Below, piece by piece: positions 18,448-27,263 of a stretch of DNA of 64,000 bases. The DNA comes from Spirochaetia bacterium (lineage in GTDB: Bacteria > Spirochaetota > Spirochaetia > DSM-27196 > PWMO01). The DNA is taken from NCBI GenBank assembly GCA_041686235.1, contig JAWLED010000001.1, positions 34,524-98,523 of the forward strand, read 5' to 3'. Positions within the stretch are counted from its first letter, which is position 1. Every line of letters starts with the position of its first letter. A model generated the notes under the pieces. It worked only from the letters and a program-made list of their open reading frames with translations, was not told where the DNA came from and searched no databases. The position numbers and the translations under genes were made by a program.

Positions 18448-20118
18448 TCAATATTTGCCGAGATACTCGACGTCGTGCCAGCGGACGCGATACCACCGAA
18501 TATCACCCACGGCTTCCTGGTGATGGCTCTGAAGCGCATACATCGTTTCCACACGCTCGGTTCTGCCCTCCGGATGCATGTGCGGCACGCGCGCCACGCC
18601 CTTGCTGTAGGCAATGCGTCGGGAGTCGACGTTGCCGAAATAGTACTCCGTGGCGTTTTCCACCGGGCGAAAACGCTCGCACACCGCTCGGTCGGCTGCA
18701 GCGGGGTCCATGGGCACCCACCCGAATCCTTCGATGTAGAACTCCGCCCAATAGTGGCGCTGCAACTGCTCGCCGCCACATACCACGTATCCGCCGATGA
18801 GCCGCGCCGGGATATTTTGTGCCCGCAGCAACGTTACGGTCAACGTCGCGTACCCGTACGGGTTTGCCTCGGAATCTCGAAGAGCTTCCAGCGGTCCGAT
18901 CGAACCGACCTGATCCACAGGATCGAGCGCAGATAAGACGTATTCATAGGTGTTACGAGCTCGAGAATACGGATTTCGGGAGGAGTTGCCCAATTCCCGC
19001 GCCACCGAGATCACGGAGTCGGCGTCGACGGGCAACAGCGCATCTTCCTGTGTATAGCGCCGCATGAAGTTCTCGGATTGACGATATTCGGTAGGTACCG
19101 CATCCGGATCTATCGCTGTTTCTACCGCATAGCGGTCGAACAGCACACTACGGCGGAACGACCAGGGCTCCTCGGGGCGTGGGTCGCGAATGCGGTACAG
19201 TGAGGGTCCCGAAGCCGGCGCGAAAAGCGGGCTTTTACTTTCGGTCAGCTTCTCGTGGTTGCGCTGCTCGGGTGACCGAACAATTTGCGGTATCCACAGA
19301 AACACGGTTCCGTCTTCTCCGTCCTCGGAGATCTGTACCGAGTCGAGCGTCACCGAAGCAGCAACGGCGTGGCTTTGTCGGTCCACGAACCGTTTTTCCC
19401 CCACCGGTTGATCGATGGTAATCTCTCGCCCCTCGCTCTCGCCTCGGGCGGTACGAACAATCACCGAGCCGGAGACTGCACCATCGGGCACTCGCACCCG
19501 AATTTCTCCCGGCGACCAGTACTCATACCCCTCGACTTGCTCGGAAACGGGTACCCGGCCGGCCCGGCCGCTCGAGCCCACCGCGTGGTCTTCCTGAGCG
19601 CCGGGAGCCAACGTAAACGATACCGTTCCACCTTTTCGGTCCGCCCCAAATCTTCGCCCGTGGATAGTCACCACTTCTCCCACCTCGGCGTTGGTCGGCT
19701 CGATCTGTTCCACAACGGGCCGAGCCGAAGAAGACTCGCCGACTTCCTCGCTCCGTACGTGGCGAGCATTGGCAAACAAGACCCCGTTGCTCCGTCCACG
19801 CTCGGTCTCAACGTAGGCCAGCCCAGAGGTGGCATCTTCGGGCACCTCGATAACAATACGCGAGTCCGACCATTCGACGTAGGCGGAAGAGGTCGGCGCG
19901 CTCCCGCCCAACCGCACTTTGCTGCTCCCCCGGCTATCACCGAAGTGGGAGCCCGTAATGATCAACTCCTCTCCGGGGGCCACCGCCGCCGGCTCGGTTT
20001 CCTCGATTACGGGTTTTGCTCCCGAAACGCTGAGAAGTACGTAGAATGCAGCCAAAAGGACGAGGAATACTGCCGTTGCGAGCAGCGCACTCCGGCGGTG
20101 GCTATAGATCGGGCTCAT
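18448..20118 (-). CDS. Membrane-anchored IPT/TIG-repeat protein with C-terminal transglutaminase-like core
   Basis: N-terminal TM helix. Repeated GEELIITGSHFG...IVIEVPEDATSGLAYV and GEVVTIHGRRFG...IRVRVPDGAVSGSVIV (IPT/TIG-like). C-terminal LLRAQNIPARLIGGY...HYWAEFYIEGFGWVPMDPA. Confidence 0.75.
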   Translation of the reverse strand: MSPIYSHRRSALLATAVFLVLLAAFYVLLSVSGAKPVIEETEPAAVAPGEELIITGSHFGDSRGSSKVRLGGSAPTSSAYVEWSDSRIVIEVPEDATSGLAYVETERGRSNGVLFANARHVRSEEVGESSSARPVVEQIEPTNAEVGEVVTIHGRRFGADRKGGTVSFTLAPGAQEDHAVGSSGRAGRVPVSEQVEGYEYWSPGEIRVRVPDGAVSGSVIVRTARGESEGREITIDQPVGEKRFVDRQSHAVAASVTLDSVQISEDGEDGTVFLWIPQIVRSPEQRNHEKLTESKSPLFAPASGPSLYRIRDPRPEEPWSFRRSVLFDRYAVETAIDPDAVPTEYRQSENFMRRYTQEDALLPVDADSVISVARELGNSSRNPYSRARNTYEYVLSALDPVDQVGSIGPLEALRDSEANPYGYATLTVTLLRAQNIPARLIGGYVVCGGEQLQRHYWAEFYIEGFGWVPMDPAAADRAVCERFRPVENATEYYFGNVDSRRIAYSKGVARVPHMHPEGRTERVETMYALQSHHQEAVGDIRWYRVRWHDVEYLGKY

Positions 20119-20127
20119 GTGTAGGCG

Positions 20128-20700
20128 TTACTCACTGTTCGAGCTAGACTTCGAGTCGCTTTCGGAGTTATCCGAGGAATCGCCCTCGTAGGGTACGACC
20201 GTTACCTCAAGCTCAATATTGAATGTTCCGGTGTCTTCACGTTCCACGTCCATCTTAAGCTCATCGTTACCGAGAGGCAAGAACACAACGGATTCCCCGA
20301 GCTCCACGGGCATACTCTTAAACGAGGTTTGATAGTCCACTTCGGAGCTGTCGTTCTCTTTGGTGATCCACGTCTGACCTTGGGCTACCAAGAGCACCGA
20401 ATCGTCGGAATCGTAATACGGGGTGAACTTCGAAACCACGGTTATGTTACTGCCGTCCAATCGAAGCGTCACGGCACGACCGGATATGGTCACGCGAGTC
20501 AGCTCCATGTCCCATACCGTTTCCTCGCCGCCGCTGGTCACCCGGGCGGTTATGTCGACCCGCATGACCTTGTCGGAGAGCTCGCGAAGGGCCTCATCCA
20601 GTGACTCCATATCCTCGGCGTCTTGGGCCCCCAAAGAGACGGGTAAAAGAAATGCGATTGTGAGCGTTACGAGAAAAACCCTGCGTGCACTCATGCTCAT
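20128..20700 (-). CDS. Secreted protein of unknown function with Ser/Asp-rich tail
   Basis: Signal peptide MSMSARRVFLVTLTIAFLLPVSLGAQD with a beta-rich body. It sits between the anti-sigma and TIG/TGase genes, separated by 9-12 nt gaps. Confidence 0.6.
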   Translation of the reverse strand: MSMSARRVFLVTLTIAFLLPVSLGAQDAEDMESLDEALRELSDKVMRVDITARVTSGGEETVWDMELTRVTISGRAVTLRLDGSNITVVSKFTPYYDSDDSVLLVAQGQTWITKENDSSEVDYQTSFKSMPVELGESVVFLPLGNDELKMDVEREDTGTFNIELEVTVVPYEGDSSDNSESDSKSSSNSE

Positions 20701-20712
20701 TCGGCAGCCAAG

Positions 20713-21273
20713 CTATTCCCCGCGGCTTCGAAACTCGGCCGCCTTTATGAGTCGGGGCTCGCCCATAATGCGAAACTGCGCAACGTCCGGCAGCTCTACG
20801 CTGGCCGCTCCGACGACCTCCTGCTCGTTCAGCCAACGCAGAAGTTTCTCGCCCTCCGTACCACCGGCGGCGATATGAACATCCACGTCTCGCACGCTCG
20901 TTCCGGCAACCGAGGGGGCGTTGCCGAGCTGTGGGCCACCGAACCATAGAAGCAACCCGACGAGCACGAAAACCGCCACCGCAGCGGCGGCCACCGCCGG
21001 ATACGGGAGGGTTACCCGTCGCTTCCACAACGGCTGTCTGAGTCCCAAGCGATGTTCGAGAGCCATCCACGTTCGCTCCCGACTGGACTCGAAGTCCGGC
21101 CCCTCCTCTCCGGAGAGACTCTCGGAACCAAGGAGTTGGTCAACTGTCCGTAAGCGGTCGAGCTCCGCGCGGGCGTAGGGGTCGGTTTCCAACTCGCGCT
21201 CGAGCTCCGCTGCAGCCTCCGAAGCAAGCTCGCCGTCGAGGTAGGCGGAAATGTCTTCCCCGTTATGGTACAT
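20713..21273 (-). CDS. Anti-sigma factor (single-pass, no Zn-finger Cys)
   Basis: MYHNGEDISAYLDGELASEAAAELERELETDPYARAEL is a typical anti-sigma N-terminus with a central TM helix. ATG 21273 overlaps the sigma gene's 3' end by 11 nt. Confidence 0.65.
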   Translation of the reverse strand: MYHNGEDISAYLDGELASEAAAELERELETDPYARAELDRLRTVDQLLGSESLSGEEGPDFESSRERTWMALEHRLGLRQPLWKRRVTLPYPAVAAAAVAVFVLVGLLLWFGGPQLGNAPSVAGTSVRDVDVHIAAGGTEGEKLLRWLNEQEVVGAASVELPDVAQFRIMGEPRLIKAAEFRSRGE

Positions 21274-21778
21274 AGATGTCGGCCTCCTTGAGTACCTTTG
21301 CAAGGCGCTCACGTGCACGGTGCATCCGCACTTTCACATTTGCTTCGCTTATTTCCAGTGACTCCGCTATTTCTCGATACGTTAGGTTTCCGTATTCGCG
21401 CATGACGAGCACCAATCGGAGATTCTCCGGAAGCTCTTCGAGCGCATCCTGCACGGCTTTGTACGCCTCTTCCTTGAGAACCGACGTCTCCCCCGATTCC
21501 GGACCTCGGACCGGTTGTCGATAGGCTCGTTGGTAAGCCGTGCTTTCGCGTCCGCGTTGTTTTTCGTGATTGAGAGCGAGGTTTTTGGACACCCGAATCA
21601 GCCAGAACTTGGCCTGCTCCCGCGTGGGGATGGTGTCCATGTGCTGATAGTATCGGATAAAAGCGTCTTGGCACAATTCCTCCGCTACGTGCAGCCGACC
21701 CGTAATACTATATACGATACGAACGGTGAGTGGATATACCTCGTCATATACTGCTTTGAACTCCGCTCGTCTATCCAT
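21263..21778 (-). CDS. ECF-type RNA polymerase sigma factor
   Basis: Region 2 (FIRYYQHMD..., FWLIRVSKNLALN) and region 4 HTH (LTYREIAESLEISEANVKVRMHRARERL). Confidence 0.9.
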   Translation of the reverse strand: MDRRAEFKAVYDEVYPLTVRIVYSITGRLHVAEELCQDAFIRYYQHMDTIPTREQAKFWLIRVSKNLALNHEKQRGRESTAYQRAYRQPVRGPESGETSVLKEEAYKAVQDALEELPENLRLVLVMREYGNLTYREIAESLEISEANVKVRMHRARERLAKVLKEADIYVP

Positions 21779-21815
21779 ACTATAAACAACCTAAACCCCG
21801 TCGAGGTTACACCTT

Positions 21816-23294
21816 TCAGAGCTTTTTCCACCGAGTCCCGTCGGGAGTATCTTCTAAAATGATACCACGCTCGGCGAGCTCGTCGCGTATTTCGTCTGCA
21901 CGAGCAAAGTTCTTGTCCTTGCGGGCCTGAGCTCGCTCCTCTACGAGCCGCCGGATATCTTCTTCCAACAGTGACGTATCGCTCGACGCCTCGGCGGCCA
22001 GCAATTCGAGCCCGAAAACCTGATCCATGCGCGCAACGAGATCGACCTGCTCGACCGCCGAAAGCTCTTCGTCCTTTACTACCCCCCATAGGTCCGCGAG
22101 ACACTTGGGGATGTTGAGATCCTCCGAGAGATGCTCTTCGAATTGCTTCAGCCAAGCATCGGCGCGCGGTGAACGGCTGTCGAGCGCGGCACCGGAGGCA
22201 CCGCCGGCGGCAGCAGCGCCGGTGTTCGTGTCGGCTTCGAGAGCGCCGCCGGAGCGACTGCCGGCCTCGTCCTTGATATCCGCCAGGCGATCGAGGAGGT
22301 TGCGCCGGGCACTTCGCGCCGCCTTCAACGCATCGTAGGAGAATTGCAACTGCGACCGGTAGTGGCCTCCCAGGCATAAATAGCGAAAATCCAAGGGCTC
22401 GAAGCCCTCTTCCTCTAACACACCGAGTGTGACGAAATTCCCCTTGGACTTGGACATCTTTCCGGTGTCCATCAGCAGGAATTCTCCGTGGATCCAGTAA
22501 TTCACCCATTTACGCCCGGTTGCGGCCTCGGTCTGTGCAATCTCGTTGGTGTGATGCACCGGGATGTGGTCCACCCCTCCGGTGTGGATATCGAAGTGCT
22601 CGCCGAGGTAGGCGGTGCTCATTGCGCTGCACTCTATGTGCCAGCCCGGATAGCCGCGGCCCCACGGAGAATCCCATACCATTGCCTGATTGTCGAACTT
22701 CGACTTGGTAAACCACAGCACGAAATCCCGGGGATGCTTTTTGTTTTCGTCGACATCTATGCGTGCCCCGGCTTTCTGCTCCTGCCGGTCGAGAAGCGCG
22801 AGCTCACCGTAATTCGGGAACTTGCTGGTGTCGAAGTAGACGTTCCCGCCGGCCTGATAGGTGTAGCCTGCAGCCTCGATCCGCTTGATCATCTCTATCA
22901 TGTGATCGATATGCTCGGTTGCTTTACACACGACGGTGGGACGAAGCACGTTCAATTTGTCGAGATCATTGAAAAACGCCTCAGTAAAATGCTCGGCGAT
23001 GTCCCAGACGGTCTTTCCCATTTCGCGAGCGCTTTTGATGACCTTGTCCTCGCCCTCATCGGCGTCGTCGGTGAGATGTCCGACGTCGGTGACGTTCATC
23101 ACGTGGTGCACCTCGTACCCCATGTACTCGAGTGCGCGTCGCAGAACGTCCTCGAACACGTAGCTCCTTAGATTTCCGATATGGGCGTACTGATAGACTG
23201 TGGGGCCACAGGTGTACATCCCCACCTTGGCATCTTCAATGGGTACGAATGTTTGAAGCTCGCGGCCGAGCGTGTTAAATAGGCGCAGTGACAC
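21816..23294 (-). CDS. cysS: Cysteinyl-tRNA synthetase (with ~30-aa Gly/Ala-rich insert)
   Basis: CGPTVYQYAHIGNLRSY and KMSKSKGN. GTG start with AAGGAG RBS. Confidence 0.95.
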   Translation of the reverse strand: MSLRLFNTLGRELQTFVPIEDAKVGMYTCGPTVYQYAHIGNLRSYVFEDVLRRALEYMGYEVHHVMNVTDVGHLTDDADEGEDKVIKSAREMGKTVWDIAEHFTEAFFNDLDKLNVLRPTVVCKATEHIDHMIEMIKRIEAAGYTYQAGGNVYFDTSKFPNYGELALLDRQEQKAGARIDVDENKKHPRDFVLWFTKSKFDNQAMVWDSPWGRGYPGWHIECSAMSTAYLGEHFDIHTGGVDHIPVHHTNEIAQTEAATGRKWVNYWIHGEFLLMDTGKMSKSKGNFVTLGVLEEEGFEPLDFRYLCLGGHYRSQLQFSYDALKAARSARRNLLDRLADIKDEAGSRSGGALEADTNTGAAAAGGASGAALDSRSPRADAWLKQFEEHLSEDLNIPKCLADLWGVVKDEELSAVEQVDLVARMDQVFGLELLAAEASSDTSLLEEDIRRLVEERAQARKDKNFARADEIRDELAERGIILEDTPDGTRWKKL

Positions 23295-23313
23295 GATCTC
23301 TCCTTAATTCGGT

Positions 23314-23346
23314 CATGTGGGTAGCTATACGGCCATGTGGGTAGCT
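23314..23346. repeat. Two 13-bp direct repeats in the cysS/murB divergent intergenic region
   Basis: CATGTGGGTAGCT at 23314-23326 and 23334-23346, a 20-bp period. Confidence 0.6.
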
Positions 23347-23460
23347 CCGCACGTTGCAGGCGCAGGGGGCGTTCAGAGGGGCCCAACAGGCGTACGATCG
23401 CGCCGGCAGAAGCTTCCACCGGCGGTGGAAATTCGCCCCGATCCCCGATATCATGATCCT

Positions 23461-24396
23461 GTGCCTACGCTAAAAGAAACGCTCGGAAAAATCAATATTG
23501 AAGGCGCGGTTCGCGTCGACGAGCCGATGCACCGCCACACGACATTCGAAGTCGGCGGGCCGGCGGAGCTGTACGTGAAACCACGGAGCGTTGCAGACGT
23601 ACAAACGGTCGTGCGGGCGGCACGGCAGGCGCAAATTCCATATTTTGTTCTCGGCGGAGGCTCGAATATTCTCGTCTCGGATCGAGGCGTGAACGGCCTT
23701 ATATTGGACGCGCGAGGCTTCAATCGCACCTATCACGAGGGAACAAAATTCGTGGCGCAGGCCGGCCTTCCCATCTCGGATGCGGCCGAACGCGCCGCCG
23801 ACCTCGGGCTCGGCGGCATTCACTTTCTCTATTCCATGCCGGGTAGCGTCGGCGGCGCAGTGTGGATGAATGCGCGCTGTTATGGAAGCTCAATTGCCGA
23901 CGTGTTGGAACAGGTGCAACTGGTCAACGAGCAGGGAGAGCTCGAAGTATACGAGCCACAAAGCCACGACTTCAGCTATAAACACTCCCCCTTTCAAGAG
24001 CGTCGAAGCGTCATTATTGATGCCACGTTTCGACTAACGCCCACCGATCCCGAACAGTTGCGGGCGCAAATGCGCGAGTACTATGCCGATCGCGAGGACA
24101 AGGGTCACTTTGCCGCTCCATCGGCCGGGTCAGTGTTCAAAAACAACCGTGCTTTCGGCCGACCGAGCGGAGCCATCATCGACAGCTTGGGACTCCGGGG
24201 GTTCCAGATCGGGGGGGCGAGGATTTCCGATACGCATGCAAACATCATCATCAATACCGGCACCGCCACGGCCGAAGACATTCGCGCCCTTATCGAGCAT
24301 GTCGAGCACCGGGTGAGAGAAGAACAGGGTATAACGCTCGAACGTGAGGTCTTGTTCGTCGGCGACTGGGAGAGTGAGCATGATGTCACTGATTGA
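23461..24396 (+). CDS. murB: UDP-N-acetylenolpyruvoylglucosamine reductase
   Basis: HTTFEVGGPAELYV and GGGSNILVSD FAD-binding motifs. The in-frame GTG 23461 gives a ~311-aa protein. The track start 23317 lies inside the repeat/promoter region. Confidence 0.85.
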   Translation: MPTLKETLGKINIEGAVRVDEPMHRHTTFEVGGPAELYVKPRSVADVQTVVRAARQAQIPYFVLGGGSNILVSDRGVNGLILDARGFNRTYHEGTKFVAQAGLPISDAAERAADLGLGGIHFLYSMPGSVGGAVWMNARCYGSSIADVLEQVQLVNEQGELEVYEPQSHDFSYKHSPFQERRSVIIDATFRLTPTDPEQLRAQMREYYADREDKGHFAAPSAGSVFKNNRAFGRPSGAIIDSLGLRGFQIGGARISDTHANIIINTGTATAEDIRALIEHVEHRVREEQGITLEREVLFVGDWESEHDVTD

Positions 24397-25726
24397 GAAC
24401 ATCCGTGAGTACCTTCACATCCTCGATGATGCGGAGCTGCGCAGCGTAGTTGCCGATCTGCCGGTTCATGATTTGGTCGATATCTGGGATTCTCTCGAAG
24501 AAGACGAGGCCCAGCGTATCTTTCTGCTACTCGACCTCGATACCAAAGTCCGCTTGATCACCTCCCTTTCACCTCCGGATCAAGAGCTTCTCATAAAGGC
24601 TTTGCCGATCGACAACATCCGACGTGTCTTCTCCGAAATCGAGCCTGACGACCTTGCCGACATCATCCAGGCGGCAAACCCCGAGGTGCGAGAGTCGGTG
24701 TGGCAGTCGATCGCAAACGATGCGAAGGAAGAGACCAAGTTTTTGCTGCGCTTCGATCAAGACGACGCGGCGGGACTCATGACCCCGCGCTACCTCGCGG
24801 TACGCTCGTTTCTGACCGTCGGGCAGGCATTGGCCTTTATTCGTTCTACCGGTCGAGACGTGGAGACCGTGTATTACGTATACGTGGTAGATCGCCTCAA
24901 ACGGTTGCTCGGGGTCGTCTCGCTCAAAGACCTGCTTTTTCACGACGACGAAGCGCCGGTCGAAGAGGTGATGAAGCGGGAGGTCATCTCAGTTCGCGAA
25001 GACACCGACCAGGAACAGGCCGCCCACATTCTCGGGACCTACGACCTCATCGCGCTGCCCGTTGTCGACGACTACAACCGTCTGCTCGGAATTATCACCT
25101 TTGACGACGTCATAGACGTCATCAGAAATGAGCAGACGGAGGACGTGTACAAGATGGGCGCGATGGACGGCAGCCTCGAGCGTTACACCGAGTCCTCGGT
25201 CTCGCGTCTTATACGCAAGCGGGTACCGTGGCTCGTGGTGCTGCTGATAGCCGGAACTTTTACCACCAACGTCGTTAGCCTCTACCAGCCCATCATCGCG
25301 GCGGCGGGCTTTCTCGTGTGGTTTGTGCCGGTTATCACCCAAACCGGGGGAAACACCAGCTTGCAGAGCTCCACGTTGATGATCCGCGGCCTGGCCACCG
25401 GCGAGGTGCATTTCAGAGACATATGGAAGGTTATCGGCAAAGAGGTGCTCGTCAGCGGGATCATGGGGCTCATGCTGGGTGCCGTACTGGTGCTTCGCGG
25501 ACTTGTTTTACCACCGGGAGTGGATCTCCTGCAGGCCACGGCGATCGGCTCATCACTCATCTTCGTGGTGTTTTTCTCGTCGATCATCGGCGTCATCGCT
25601 CCCTTACTCATCCATCGACTGGGCTTCGACCCCACGGTCATGGCCGGACCGCTCATGGCGACCGTCATCGACGTGATCGGGCTTACCATATATTTCCAGG
25701 TAGCCAGACTCATCCTCGGCATCTAA
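24380..25726 (+). CDS. mgtE: Magnesium transporter MgtE
   Basis: N-domain, tandem CBS domains and a 5-TM C-terminal domain. ATG 24380 overlaps the murB stop by 17 nt. Confidence 0.9.
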   Translation: MMSLIENIREYLHILDDAELRSVVADLPVHDLVDIWDSLEEDEAQRIFLLLDLDTKVRLITSLSPPDQELLIKALPIDNIRRVFSEIEPDDLADIIQAANPEVRESVWQSIANDAKEETKFLLRFDQDDAAGLMTPRYLAVRSFLTVGQALAFIRSTGRDVETVYYVYVVDRLKRLLGVVSLKDLLFHDDEAPVEEVMKREVISVREDTDQEQAAHILGTYDLIALPVVDDYNRLLGIITFDDVIDVIRNEQTEDVYKMGAMDGSLERYTESSVSRLIRKRVPWLVVLLIAGTFTTNVVSLYQPIIAAAGFLVWFVPVITQTGGNTSLQSSTLMIRGLATGEVHFRDIWKVIGKEVLVSGIMGLMLGAVLVLRGLVLPPGVDLLQATAIGSSLIFVVFFSSIIGVIAPLLIHRLGFDPTVMAGPLMATVIDVIGLTIYFQVARLILGI

Positions 25727-27187
25727 CGTGGGAGTGTCGATCCGAAGCGACACCTCGAGGCCGAACCCAACGTACTCAGGCCAGTCCGAAGACGCCGCCT
25801 CTCTCCCGTCCAACGTTAACTCTACGGCGCGCATTGTTTCCGCATGAACCGCTACCGACACCCGTCCCGGACGCCATCCGAGCGCCACACGGCCGGCTAA
25901 TTCCGGGGGCGCTCCCTGGTGTGCGATATCGGGAATCCATTTCCTGCCCCCGTTGGCCGTGCCGCCCCGACCGTCCTCCTCAGCCTCCAATGCAAGCCCG
26001 TCAGGCCAATCAACGCGTACCCACTGCTCGAAGTTGAGTCCGGCCCCCCGAAGCGACGTCTGAAGACGCACGGCGTCTTCATAGTACGTTTCCCGCCACC
26101 GCCGGCGCGCTTCGAGTTTTGCGAAGACATGCGCCCCCCGCACCGACAGCAGCACCTCGGCTGCTCCCTCGTGGTGGACCTCCTCTTGTGCGGAGCTGTG
26201 GCGCGAGCGCTCGAGAGAAACACCGCCCCTCAGCCCGCGACTCCTACCGGCCTCGACACGGAGCTCGCCTCCGTATTCCCACGGGTGCACCGCCTCACGC
26301 GAAAGCGGCCGGTCCTCGACGAGTGCGCGGGCCTTACCGCTGATATCGAGCGGAGACAGCGATAGAGCGGCGCTGCCGTCCGCCGCGCGAAAGGCGCTCG
26401 GGGATTCACCGTCCGGCGCGCGGTAGCGAGGCTGCTCCGTTCCAAGGGCAACCGCCCCGGTGAGAAGCTGCCCCGAGTAGCGGGCCAGCACGAGCGCGGC
26501 GCCGGCGGGCGGGACGTACTGCCCGGTCGAAAGAAGACCGGTCGCGTGTATGGCGAACACCTCCGTCGGTCGCAAGACGGCCTGAACCGCGGTATTGCTC
26601 AGTAGGCCGCCGGCAAAGGGAGTCTCTCGCGGGTACCACCGCTCGCCGGCGTCGGCAGCTTGCGCTGAATGAACGGCGGAAACAAGTGATAGGCCACGTA
26701 GCTCAACACGGTGCCCCGTGTGCGCGGCATTGGCCCCAAAACTGCGCACCCCCGCCCCTTCGTAGGCGCTCACAAAGAGTCGCTCTTTTACCAGCTCGAG
26801 CTGCCCTCCATACCGCGATGTCGGCTCCATGGCAATATCGAGTCCGACATTCGTGCGCTCGTTCCAAACATCCGAACCGGCGGCAAACCCGAGCGGCGTA
26901 TGCACGATGCGGTGCAGACCCTTCCGCTCTGTTGGCCCGAACATCACCGGCCCGGCCTCCAGTCCGAAACTGTGCTGAGCTTCACCGCGTTCGTCTCGGT
27001 GTTCTACCGCCACCGCGCGAAGTGCCCCGATGTCGGTGAAAATACGCGTTGTTATCTCGCGAGTTGCATCGCCGCGGACGGTGGTTTCCACCTCGGCACC
27101 GGCCGGAGGAGGAAAGAACACTGCAGCCGCGAATACAAGAAGACAAAAGAGCTGTTGCGGTGGCAATACGTTGCAGGGCGACGGCAC
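25604..27187 (-). CDS. Secreted Arg/Ala/Gly-rich protein, possibly an outer-membrane beta-barrel; unknown function
   Basis: Signal-like LFCLLVFAAAVFFPPPAGAE with long stretches of alternating pattern. It is the longest ORF in a locally very GC-rich stretch. No motif recognised. Confidence 0.5.
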   Translation of the reverse strand: MPSPCNVLPPQQLFCLLVFAAAVFFPPPAGAEVETTVRGDATREITTRIFTDIGALRAVAVEHRDERGEAQHSFGLEAGPVMFGPTERKGLHRIVHTPLGFAAGSDVWNERTNVGLDIAMEPTSRYGGQLELVKERLFVSAYEGAGVRSFGANAAHTGHRVELRGLSLVSAVHSAQAADAGERWYPRETPFAGGLLSNTAVQAVLRPTEVFAIHATGLLSTGQYVPPAGAALVLARYSGQLLTGAVALGTEQPRYRAPDGESPSAFRAADGSAALSLSPLDISGKARALVEDRPLSREAVHPWEYGGELRVEAGRSRGLRGGVSLERSRHSSAQEEVHHEGAAEVLLSVRGAHVFAKLEARRRWRETYYEDAVRLQTSLRGAGLNFEQWVRVDWPDGLALEAEEDGRGGTANGGRKWIPDIAHQGAPPELAGRVALGWRPGRVSVAVHAETMRAVELTLDGREAASSDWPEYVGFGLEVSLRIDTPTLDAEDESGYLEIYGKPDHVDDGRHERSGHDRGVEAQSMDE

Positions 27188-27263
27188 ACCCCCACCTACC
27201 GCCCATTTGGCCCTCCTGCTTCAAATCGGGCGCAAAAACGTACCGACTTCCGTGGTAGGGGGC

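Noticed and set aside
24344-24396. Possibility of a Mg2+ (M-box) riboswitch ahead of mgtE.
   Set aside because: The mgtE ATG overlaps the murB stop by 17 nt, so there is no leader in which a riboswitch could sit.
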